Part shown: piece after piece, positions 37,341 to 47,656 of the stretch
How positions within the stretch are numbered: the first letter of the stretch is position 1
Layout: each line of letters opens with the position of its first letter
Made by a program: the position numbers and the translations under genes
The notes under the pieces: model-generated
Database searches by the model: none
The model's input: the letters and a program-made list of their open reading frames with translations, nothing else
What the model was told of the DNA's origin: nothing
Origin: Mobula hypostoma
Lineage: Eukaryota
Direction: 5' to 3'
Assembly (NCBI RefSeq): GCF_963921235.1
Contig: NC_086097.1
Coordinates: 63,304,001 to 63,368,000, forward strand
Length of the DNA: 64,000 bases

Positions 37341-40300
37341 CTAGGGGTGTTGTTTAATAGGCTGGTCTGATGTGACAACAATATCATGCACCGTCCCTTT
37401 GCATCGCCTCGGGACATCCAGACATACGTCTGCGTACCGGTTAATTAGCTTTATCAGCGGCTCGCTCTGTTCGGGGGTTAAGTGAGAAACCTTATCAGCA
37501 AACTTGGCCAGAACAATAGAGTTCTCCAATCTGGTTGGCACCATATTTATCTTTTCAAGCTGGGTTTTCCCCTTATCATTTGACACCCCAGTCTCATTAA
37601 TTTTCGTGATAACACCAACTAGGTCTGTTTTCTGATCGTGGTAAGCTTCTAACGTATTAATGTGTACCAATTGCGTGGGCTTACGCCTGTCCGGCATTTC
37701 GATAACGTAGTTCAAAGAGTCTATCTTTTTCATCACTTTGTACGGACCGTGGAATCTCGCCTGGAGGGGCTTGGTTACCACTGGGAACAGAACTAAGACC
37801 CGATCACCCACTTGAAACACTTGTTCACGGGCATGCCTATCATACCATTGTTTCATTCTAGTTTGGGAGTGTCGTAGATTTTCTTTGGTAAGGTCACAGA
37901 TCCTTTTAAGCCTCTCACGAAATTTTAAAACATAATCAATCACATTAACTTGGACTGCCGGACTGGACCATTGCTCTTTCAGTAAGGTCAAGGGGCCTCT
38001 GGGCCAATGACTGAAGACGAGCTCGAATGGGCTGAACCCCAATGGCTCCTGAACCGTATCCCTTACAGCAAATAGCAAAAGCGGCAAAGCATCATCCCAG
38101 CCCCTAGCGTTTTCTTTACAGTAAATTTTAATCATGGTCTTTAATGTTGCATGGAATCGTTCCAATGCCCCTTGGGACTCTGGGTGGTACGCGGAGGCCA
38201 AAATCGGCTTTGCTCCCATCTCATCCAACATCCGTCGGAATGTGTGAGATGTGAAGACACTCCTCTGATCTGACTGGATTTCCCTTGGCAACCCCACCGT
38301 AGTGAAAAATTTCACAAGTGCCTTTACCACTGCGGGAGCCTTGACACTTGCCAGGGGCACCGCCTCCGGAAACCTGGTGGCGGCGCACATCATAGACATC
38401 ACATACTCTCGCCCACTTGCAGTTCTGGGCAGGGGACCGACAAAATCCACAATTATTCGGAAAAAAGGTTCCCCGAAAGCGGGTATCGGTCGAAGGGGCG
38501 CTTCAGGCAGGGCCTGATTTGGCTTTCCTACCACCTGACATAAATGACATCGCCTACAATATTCAACAATATCCTTCCGCATGTTCGGCCAGTAAAACTC
38601 CTTCATAATTCTATCAACTGTCTTCCTTACCCCAAAATGTCCACCGAGGGGTATCTTGTGGGCCAGGTTAAAAATCTCGCCCCTATAAATTTTCGGCACT
38701 ACCACCTGGTGCACCACCCCCCATTCCTCATCTGCGGGCATGGTACTTGGTCTCCATTTCCTCATTAGTACTCCCTCCTTCACATAATAGCCCACTGGCT
38801 CCCTTTTTAATTCTGCTTCAGAGAGAGCTGTCTCCGTCAAAACCATTAGCTCCTTGTCTCGTTCCTGTGCCTGTATAAATTCCTTCCTTGCTAATGATAA
38901 GTCTACCTCAACTCCCTCACTTCCTTCCATTTCACTATGCTCCTTCTTGTCACTTTCTAAACCCTCCTGGTGCAAGGCTGGTAAAAACATCTCAGCTAAA
39001 TCTACATTCGCTTCGGCAACCTTTCTGGACATGCGCCGAGTCACTGCGCAAACGGGATAAACCTGTGAGTCTATGGGTGGGTCTTCAATCCTGGCAGGTT
39101 TGCTTGTCAGTTTTACTGCTGGGTACACCTCTCCACCGGCGAGGTCCATACCGAGTAAGACCGCCACATCTTCCATCGGTAGTTCGGGCCTCACTCCTAT
39201 CGTGACCGGTCCGGAGACCAAGTCACTTTTTAGGTGTATCTGGTGCAAAGGTACTGCTTCAGTCCCTTTCCCAATGCCTTTTATCACACTGACCTCCCCA
39301 GTCTCAGTCTCTGAACTAAAATCTAAAACACTCCTTAAGATCAGTGACTGACAAGCTCCAGTGTCTCTCCAGATCCATACTGGAACTGGGTTTGACCCCT
39401 CCTTCACCGACACCAATCCGGCTGAAGTAAACTTCTCGCGCCCTTCCTGAACTCTATCAGACCTCTTCTCCCCTAGCGGTTTGTTTGCCGGCTCAATACA
39501 GCCAGTCAGAGTCATTGTTTTTCCTTTCCCCATCTCCTTCTTTGGGGCAAAGCACCTGGACGCAAAGTGACCGGCTTTCCCACAATTATAGTATACAACC
39601 CCAGGAGACTTCCTACCAAACTGCTTCCTATCTTCCTTATCCTTCTCACTAGTCCCCGGCTTACTTTCTGGCTTTTCCGGAGGACTCTCTCCGCCCTCTC
39701 GACTACCCTTCTGGTAACTTTTACTCAGGGTAAATTTCGCTTTGTGTGTTAATGCGTAATGATCCGCTAACTTAGCAGTTGCTGCTAAGGTTTCTGCCTC
39801 TTTCTCATCTAGATAGGGCCTCATACCTTCAGGGACACAACCTTTAAATTGCTCAATCAGTATTAGCTGTAGCAGTCTGTCATAATCCCCATTGACCCCT
39901 TTCGAGGCGCACCAACGCTTACAATACATCTGCATCTCACGGGCAAACTCTAAATACGTGCGGCCCCACTGCTTCCTCACATTCCGGAACCTCTGCCGGT
40001 ATGCCTCCGGGACCAACTCATTAATCCTGAGTATCGCCTCTTTCACCACATCATACCTCTGGGCATCTTCTGCAGACAATGCCAAGTAAGCTTGCTGAGC
40101 TTTCCCTTTAAGTACGCTCTGAAGCAAAACAGCCCACTTATCCCTCGGCCAGTCCTGACTTGCAGCAACTTTTTCAAAATTTAGAAAGTACCGATCAACA
40201 TCGGCCTCCTCAAATGGGGGAACCAGCCTAACCTCCTGGGTCGCCCTGAACCCTCCACCTTGGTTCGGCATGGGCCCCTGTGCTAACGTCATCTTTAACT

Positions 40301-40652
40301 TCTTCAGCTCAAATTCCCTTTCCTTCTGCTTCTCTCTGTCTTGCTGTTCTAACTGCTTCTCTTCTTGTTCTAGCTGCCTTACCCGGAACTCGTGCTCGAG
40401 TCTCAATTTTTCCATCTGCAGCTGCACCGCCTCTCCACGAGGTTTGCCCATAGATACCACCTCCAGCTCCCCTTGGGGAAACACACCTTTAGATACATAG
40501 TGCTCAATGACAGCTCTGTGCATCTCCGTTCTCCTCATTGTCGACTTCACCTTAAAAAGATTCAACCGTTTGGCAACAGTCGCCAATTCTGATTTCCTGG
40601 CATCCTCTAATGTCTCCAAGGTTGGTGCCTTTAGAAATTCCTCAATCTCCAT
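37341..40652 (-). CDS. Element B gag-protease-integrase part of the polyprotein (1103 aa)
   Basis: SCAN-like capsid C-terminal domain (VPEAYRQRFR..LILIEQF..LADHY), degenerate zinc knuckle, RDTGA protease, HHCC, DFVGPLP / SDQ / GALERF core, GPY motif; ends at an in-frame TAG. Confidence 0.92.
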   Translation of the reverse strand: MEIEEFLKAPTLETLEDARKSELATVAKRLNLFKVKSTMRRTEMHRAVIEHYVSKGVFPQGELEVVSMGKPRGEAVQLQMEKLRLEHEFRVRQLEQEEKQLEQQDREKQKEREFELKKLKMTLAQGPMPNQGGGFRATQEVRLVPPFEEADVDRYFLNFEKVAASQDWPRDKWAVLLQSVLKGKAQQAYLALSAEDAQRYDVVKEAILRINELVPEAYRQRFRNVRKQWGRTYLEFAREMQMYCKRWCASKGVNGDYDRLLQLILIEQFKGCVPEGMRPYLDEKEAETLAATAKLADHYALTHKAKFTLSKSYQKGSREGGESPPEKPESKPGTSEKDKEDRKQFGRKSPGVVYYNCGKAGHFASRCFAPKKEMGKGKTMTLTGCIEPANKPLGEKRSDRVQEGREKFTSAGLVSVKEGSNPVPVWIWRDTGACQSLILRSVLDFSSETETGEVSVIKGIGKGTEAVPLHQIHLKSDLVSGPVTIGVRPELPMEDVAVLLGMDLAGGEVYPAVKLTSKPARIEDPPIDSQVYPVCAVTRRMSRKVAEANVDLAEMFLPALHQEGLESDKKEHSEMEGSEGVEVDLSLARKEFIQAQERDKELMVLTETALSEAELKREPVGYYVKEGVLMRKWRPSTMPADEEWGVVHQVVVPKIYRGEIFNLAHKIPLGGHFGVRKTVDRIMKEFYWPNMRKDIVEYCRRCHLCQVVGKPNQALPEAPLRPIPAFGEPFFRIIVDFVGPLPRTASGREYVMSMMCAATRFPEAVPLASVKAPAVVKALVKFFTTVGLPREIQSDQRSVFTSHTFRRMLDEMGAKPILASAYHPESQGALERFHATLKTMIKIYCKENARGWDDALPLLLFAVRDTVQEPLGFSPFELVFSHWPRGPLTLLKEQWSSPAVQVNVIDYVLKFRERLKRICDLTKENLRHSQTRMKQWYDRHAREQVFQVGDRVLVLFPVVTKPLQARFHGPYKVMKKIDSLNYVIEMPDRRKPTQLVHINTLEAYHDQKTDLVGVITKINETGVSNDKGKTQLEKINMVPTRLENSIVLAKFADKVSHLTPEQSEPLIKLINRYADVCLDVPRRCKGTVHDIVVTSDQPIKQHP

Positions 40653-42360
40653 TTCTGCTGTTTGCCCTTTCTTTCTTTCGGGAATTTTAACCCAATCAAT
40701 TTACCCAGTTCCAAATTTGGCGTTCAAAATTGCGGACGAGATCCCCACTTATGTTATGTACCCCGTAACTGGGTTGCCAAACCAGCAGAAATGGACCACT
40801 CGTTGGACTCTGGATTACTAGGAACTAATAAAGTTTTATTAAAGAAATAAGTAACACTGTACTCTAATCGTACGGATATAAATGCAACAGGTTAGCAATG
40901 ATAATACACACATGTACACAGAACTAGGGTAATAGGAATCAAACCAAGCTCTATCGCAGTCTAGGGGTAAAATGATCAGTCTTAAGTGACGCAGAGTTCA
41001 GTTCAGCTTAGTACAGTTCGCAGTAATCGCTGTTGTGCCGTGTGGGGGAGGGGTGCAGTTTGTTTCAAGTAGACCTTTGATGTCTTCTATTCCGCTGTGG
41101 TCACCGACTGTGAACTCTCCGTTCCGGATAGGACCGTTCTTCCGCGGTGAACCCGGCACCCAGGCAAGGGCGGACACACACACCAGGTTCCCACCTATCG
41201 TACCTTTACACCCTGTGAGTCTATGGTTGGTTCCCGCGAACCGGACCTCCAAATTTCCACTAACTTGTGGGGGCACACTGCTCTTTCCAGGGTCTCGTTA
41301 TCTCGTGATCTCGTGGTGTGTCGCGTGCCCAGCGAACCTGCTCTTTTTATCCCCCTGCTGGGATATCGCCTGTCCATCAAACTTCAAACAGTTCAGGTTC
41401 AAAGCAACCGGTCTGTCAATATTCTGAATTGTGTTTCTTTTCCGTTAATCTCTCTCTCCTCTCTCATTAACATTTTGAATGTTTCTCCATTGTCTCTCTT
41501 ATCTCTCTCATTAGCATCAATCGCCCCATAACTTGGTTTGGCGTCACACCATCCTGCACAGTAACTCGAGCAATGGCCAAGAAGCTTGCCAACGCAGATA
41601 GTCCTGTGCAGAATGGTTCCGCTACTCATGATAGCCTAAAACAGGGCTCAGGTTTTGATGACCTGTCAGTGACTTCCCTTCCTACACTGTTTGACCAAGA
41701 TCCTTGTATCAGGTCTGACTATAAAGATTTGTCTCTGTCTGGGAAGGAGTTTATAACGGAACAGACCAGAGACCCTGTGATTGCTGCATTGAGGGTTACA
41801 GCTCTCTCAGGTGATAAGATTGAGAAAATGCCAGTTGGGTACTAGGAGACCAGCTGATATCTCTGCAAGTGAGGAATGGGCAATTGTTCACCAGGTTGTA
41901 GTTCCTATGGTCTATAGGAATGATATTTTAACCTTGGCGCATAGTATGCCCTTGGGTGGCCATCTTGGTGTGAATAAAACTGTGGACAAGGTTTTGAAAC
42001 AATTCTTCTGGCCTGGTTTGAGGAAAGATGTTTTGATACTTTGCCGAACTTGTCACACTTGTCAGGTTGTGGGTAAACCTAATCAGGTCACCCCAGAGGC
42101 TCCTCTACAGCTTATTCCTGCGTTTGGTGAACCCTTTTCCAAAGTTATTGTGGATTGTGTTGGCCCATTGCCAAAGACTAGAGCTGGCCATCAGTATTTG
42201 CTAACCATCATGTGTACAGCATCTAGATTTCCAGAAGAAATACCTCTCAGGAATATCAAAGCTCCAACTGTGTTGAAGGTTCTCATAAAATTGTTCACCC
42301 TATGTGGTTTGCCAAAAGAAATCCAGTCTGATCAAGGATTTTTTATGTCAGGATTATTCC

Positions 42361-42808
42361 CAGGGGTGCAGTGGTAGCCGGAGCACTCTGGAACACATTC
42401 GGCACCTCTTTAAGAAAAAAAACAAAATAAACAAGCTTAAAATAAACAAAATTAGGTGCCACCCAGGGTGATTTGAGTATCTCAGAAGCTGCTGATCTCC
42501 TGGGGTTTTTACGCACAAAAAACTCTGAAGTTTACAAAGAATGGTAAAAACAAAATAATCCAGTGAGTGGCTGTTCCGTGAGTGAAAACATCTTGTTAAA
42601 TCCACTCTCTGGAACTTTTTTTGTTTTTGGCACCATTCTTTGTAAACTCCAGAGTCTGTTGAGTGTAAAAATTCCAGGAGATCAGCAGTTTCTGAGATAC
42701 TCAAATCACCCTGGGCAGCAGCTAATTAATTAGCTTGTTTATTTCGGCTTTTTTCTTAAAGAGGTGCCGAACGCGTTCCAGGACACTCCAATTACCACTG
42801 CATTCCTG
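42361..42808. mobile_element. Palindromic hAT-type MITE with Tc1 transposase fragments
   Basis: CAGGGGTGCAGTGGTA...TACCACTGCATTCCTG TIRs; 8-bp TSD attattcc/gttattcc (42353-42360, 42809-42816); both arms contain SISE(T/A)ADLL..VYKEW. Confidence 0.85.
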
Positions 42809-45182
42809 GTTATTCCAGCAGGCAATTTACGAACTAGGAACCAAACAGCTTACATCTTCTGCGTATCATCCAGAATCCCAAGGGGCCTTAGAAAGATTCC
42901 ATTCTACCCTCAAAACCATGATTAGAACATGCTGTTTTGAAAATGAGAAGGTTTAGGATGAGGGAGTTCACTTGCTTCTATTTGCAGTAAGGTAGTCTGT
43001 GCAAGAGTTCCTAGGCTTTAGCACCTTTGAGCTTGTGTTTGGGCACCAGGTTCAAGGTCCTTTTGCCTTGTTAAGGGAGCAATGGACCAATAATGACCTG
43101 CATATAAATTTGTTGGACATTGTTTTAAAATTCAAGGACAGATTGCAGAGGGCTTGCTACCTAGCTAGGAAGAAACTAAAATCTGCTCGGAGTAAAATGA
43201 AGGCCTGGTATGATAAGAGAGCCAGAGACAGGACATTTAAGCCAGGAGATAAGGTGCTTGTTCTTTTCCCTGTGCAGACAAATCCTCTGCAGGCCAGATT
43301 CCATGGTCCCTATGAAATTGTGTCCGAGGTCAATGACGTGGATTATGTTGTCAAAACTCCAGATAGAAGGAGGCCAACACAGCTCTGTCACATTAGCATG
43401 CTTAAGCCGTACTATGAAATGCCAACTGCAGTTGTGACGGTTGCTGTGTATCAGGATGGATCTGGGCTCTCTGAAGATTTTATGGATAATCCTTCTGAGG
43501 CCCGCTTTAAACCAAACATTGTTCGGGCTAGATTGCCAAATTCCACTATTTTAGAAAACTTTGATGAAAAACTGGCTCATTTACAACCACAGCAGCAGCA
43601 GCAAATGAAGCAGTTGATCATGAAATTTCGGGATTTGTCCCCTAATGTTCCAAAAAGAACAATGGTAGCCTCACATGATGTGGATGTTGGTGATGCCAAT
43701 CCTATAAAACAGCATCCGTATTGCATGAATGTTGAAAAATGTAAATTGGCTGATCAAGAAATTGAGTACATGTTAGAAAATGGTATTATTAGGCCTTCTA
43801 CTTCAGATTGGAGCTCAGCTTGTGTCATGGTACCTAAACTAGATAGTAGTATCAGGTTTTGCACTGGTTACAGAAAGGTGACTGCTATAAAAAAAATGGA
43901 TGCTTATCCAATCCCTAGAGTAGATGATTGTGTAGACAAGGTTGGAAAAGCTAAGTTTCTTATAAAAATCAATCTGTTAATAGGGTATTGGTGTGTTCCA
44001 CTACCAGATAGATGTAGAGAAATTTCTGCATTTGTAACATCTTCTGGGTTGTATGAATACAATGTTCTGCTATTTGGAATGAAAAACGCTCTGGGAACAT
44101 TTCAGAAAATGATTAATTCTGTAATTCAAGGGTTAGAACACACAGTCGCCTATATTGATGACTTGGTCACAGGAAATGACAAATGGGAAGCCTGTTAAAG
44201 TGAGTTTTTTTCTGGTTAGATAATTTGTTGACACTTAAAATGACTTTGACCACCAAACCTCTATTTTAACTGTTTGACAAAGGACTGTGGATTGAGTCCA
44301 CCACAATGGGCTTCCTATAAGGTGTGAATACCAGATGCTTCTGGTACCATAGTTTGACCAGATGCTGTAGTTTCAAAGACAGTATTATCTATATATTATA
44401 AATATTAATTGTCTTCTATGTTAGCACGTAAAATGCCAAATAAATGAATTGTGGATTGAACTAAAGGCTGTGGATACCAACACAGACATGTGGCGTCGGA
44501 AGGAAAGGATGAAATCCGAAGGTGTGATGTTTGTATGTAGCTTCAAGAGAATGCATTGTATATAACTTTTTAATTAGCGATTGCCTTTGTGTTTAGCATA
44601 TAAATATCGAGCCCACATTGAGCTAGCAGACCTTTCTGCGGAAAGCGTCTCTGTCCGTAAGATGCCTGCTGTACCTTGTTGTGTCGAATAAAGAAACTGC
44701 TTTGTATCTACCAGTGACTCTGTTTCTCCAGTAATTTCATCCACGCTACAACATTTGGTGTCAGAATTGGGATACCTTCGTGACCCGTTGTGTGGTCAGC
44801 GTTCCTAGCAGTCTTAAGTTGGTGAGTATTTTTCTAAAATAACACTCACACTTGGATCTGTTCGGTCGGTGGACACACGGGAACACGAGGTATCACGAAC
44901 ATGGAGAGCTGAACTGGTAGATATAAATGTAGTGTGTGCATGTGCATATGTGTTTATGTAAGTGAGGAATCTTTGCATGTTAAACTTGGGCAACCAGTTG
45001 CAAAAGGTGGTAACCAACAGTATGGTTCAAGACGTTTGGGGAGCTACATTTTAGTGTATGTGTTTGCAAGTCTGATGCAGGGGAATACAGCAGGCATCAT
45101 GAGTTCGAGTACTCAAAAGTGGCAGATTGTGGAATACATACTCTGCGGTTTTAAGTAAGTACTGTTTAACTGCTACCTGTCT

Positions 45183-46568
45183 GTGATATCTTGCGTAGTG
45201 TGGGAATTAGTATGGAGATATCTCAGGGAGAGGTTTTACCCAGAGAAATCTACCAGAATGGCACCTATTGAGATCAGGCAACGTCAGGTTGAGAACCCTG
45301 ATGATCCGAGCCAGCCCTTGACCTTGATTATGACTATTCATAAGCCCTTCACCCCCAGGAAGAAACAGAGCATTTTGTCCGAGTTGCCCTCACTTAAAGT
45401 CGCCTGTGGGAATTCAGAGTTCTGGCATAAGCTCAAGGAAATGGTTGAAATTCACCAGATGCACTCTGAAGATATATATGTGTTAGTGAAAGCCAAGTGC
45501 CCGAGGAATATGTGGGACAGTATGGCCCAAGGGGTGCCGGATGGTACATGGGCAACTACCGGAAGCGCCAGTAATGAAGAAGGATATCACTCTTTTAAAG
45601 GGGAAGTGAGGCAGCGGCTGGGGGGAGGCGAGAGTAGCTGGGGAACGATAATGGCAATGATTCAAACAGCTGACGAGGCAGCCATGGATTATGCAGAACG
45701 TAAATACCGAGTATACGAGAAGTATTCAGGGTTGGATAATCCAGGGATGGATGACCCAGTCTTCCTAAAAATGCTGAAGGAAGGCCTGAGCTCAGCCCAC
45801 AAGGATGTTTTAGATTTAGGCATAACGGTGGGGTCCGACTACTCTGCGATAGTTTCGTGGGCCAGTGAGATAGACCGAAGAAAAGGCGAGAGAAATCGTA
45901 AAGTGGGTATAGTGGATGCAGCTGCTGTGATGTCCCGGAGAGTTTGTTTTGCTTGCCGGCAGCCATGGCACATAGCAAAGGACTGCTGGACCAGGTATAA
46001 GGCAGTGAAGGAGTTGATATGCTACAGCTGTGGCCTATCGGGACATGGCTAGAGACAGTGTCCAAAAGGGAGGGGGAAAACCCAGGCAAAGGTCACAGCG
46101 GACACCCGGTCACTCATCCCATCAGCAACCAGTCCAAATGTCGATCAGATCAAAGAGTTAGTGACAGCGCCTCTTAAGGCAGTAAAGGATGTGGCAGCGG
46201 GCTCCACGGCCAGCTCTGATGACTCACGGATGTATACTACGGCCTTGTTAGGGGGACGGCAATGCAATATGTTAGTAGACACAGGGGCATTGGTATCGAT
46301 AACAGACTTACCCTTACCAACAACCGGACAGGCCAGTTATATTAGGAGTGTAGGAGGGAAAACAGTAAAAGCAGAAAGAAGCGAATTGCAGATACTAGAA
46401 ATCGGGGGAGTGCAGCTTCCAGTTTATTTCTGGGTATGTCCAAATAGTGAGGGCACGATCATTGGAATAGACATCTTAAGGAAAGCAGGAGCTGTTATAG
46501 ATTCGGGAAAGGGAGAAATAATATGGACAAGTCAGGGGCAGCGAACTCGCACAACCTGTCTAGTATAG
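45183..46568 (+). pseudogene. Element C gag-protease frame with one in-frame stop
   Basis: Two CCHC knuckles (CFACRQPWHIAKDC; CYSCGLSGHG*RQC); the frame continues to LVDTGA and IIGIDIL; ORFs 45183-46052 and 46161-46568 are in the same frame. Confidence 0.85.
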
Positions 46569-47656
46569 GCACAGCTGCCCTGATCGTCAGAGACTGGAGC
46601 CAGGATGGCGTATATGGGTTACCTTGTCAGCAGCTCCCAGCTGTGTGGGCTGGAGACAAGCAAGATTGTGGACAGGTGAAGACAGACCCAGTTAAAATAG
46701 AGGAGGGTCTGTATAAATCCTCTAAGCAGGACCCTATACAAACTGACACACTGACCACTGTTCTGGGTATAGCGAAGGAACAAAAACACCAGGGGATACT
46801 CAGAGAGACTGCGACCACTCCAGAACATAAAGTTTTCCCAGTTTCTCCAAGCGCAGACATTGCTGCGAATAAGGCAGCAGGGGAACAAGAGGCAATTGAA
46901 ATTGCAAGTGTGCAGGAGGAAACGACAGAAGCCAGCTTAGTAAAATTATATGAAGACGTAGAGGCAGAAGAGAAGGAAAAATGGAGGAGAAAAGGAGCGA
47001 AGGAGGGACTAGATGGGTGCTGGACACATGGGAATGTTGAGAAATTCTGCCCCCGTTGTATAATTTGTGCCTGGCATAACCCTGGTAAGGGCATAAAGCT
47101 ACAGCTGGCAAATCAGCCTCAGCCGAGGGGACTCTGGGAAAACATCCAGATAGACTTCACAGGGCCCCTGCCAAAAAGCAGGGGGAAAAGTTGCTGTCAA
47201 CTTAAAGTATTAAAGGACCGAGTGAAACAACAGCAGCGAATCACTGATCAGAAAGAGCCAGAGGGAAAGGGGAAAGGGGAGAGGGGACAGCCCGGCGACC
47301 AAGTTATGGTGAGGGTGCTGCCAGAAAGGCCAGGGTTTGCCCCGAGGTGGATAGGACCACAGATGGTACTCTTAACGAATGATACGTGTGTCTGTGTACA
47401 GACTCGGCGAGGCAGCCAGCGGAAACACTGGACTCAGGTTAAAGCATATGACTCACCCTCTTGTTGCTCCCACAGAAGGAGTGGGGAACCAAGTGTACCC
47501 GGTAACCATGTAATTACAGAGAACCTAAGAGAGGAACACCAGCCGGCCATGGCAGACCTGACCACAGCTGATGAAAACATACCCGGAGAAAACGCAAAGG
47601 CAGAAAACGCTGAGAGCATGGCAGAAGACACTGAGAATGTTTTGGAAAAACCATGA
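46523..47656 (+). CDS. Element C collapsed pol remnant (open 377-aa frame, no catalytic cores)
   Basis: RT N-terminus (VWA..KQ.P..QGILRE), RNase H end (ADIAANKAA), INT CxxC plus IQIDFTGPLP, INT C-terminus (PGDQVMV..PRWIGP..VLLT..HWTQVK); no YxDD or complete DDE. Confidence 0.7.
   Translation: MDKSGAANSHNLSSIGTAALIVRDWSQDGVYGLPCQQLPAVWAGDKQDCGQVKTDPVKIEEGLYKSSKQDPIQTDTLTTVLGIAKEQKHQGILRETATTPEHKVFPVSPSADIAANKAAGEQEAIEIASVQEETTEASLVKLYEDVEAEEKEKWRRKGAKEGLDGCWTHGNVEKFCPRCIICAWHNPGKGIKLQLANQPQPRGLWENIQIDFTGPLPKSRGKSCCQLKVLKDRVKQQQRITDQKEPEGKGKGERGQPGDQVMVRVLPERPGFAPRWIGPQMVLLTNDTCVCVQTRRGSQRKHWTQVKAYDSPSCCSHRRSGEPSVPGNHVITENLREEHQPAMADLTTADENIPGENAKAENAESMAEDTENVLEKP

Larger units (their letters stand above)
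35195..41548 (-). mobile_element. Element B: full-length Gmr1-type gypsy LTR retrotransposon
   Basis: LTRs 40752-41548 and 35195-35988 (TG...CA, about 96% identical by eye); 4-bp TSD ccat at 35191-35194 and 41549-41552; PBS TGGGGATCTCGTCCG (tRNA-Pro-like) 40747-40733; PPT 35989-36000. Confidence 0.96.

Noticed and set aside
37338..37343. TAG between INT and RT in element B as programmed readthrough
   Set aside because: It replaces the conserved Tyr of KQHPY (present in element A), so a point mutation is simpler
46050..46052. TAG at the end of element C gag as a gamma/epsilon-type readthrough codon
   Set aside because: It falls inside the second CCHC knuckle, so it is most likely a mutation
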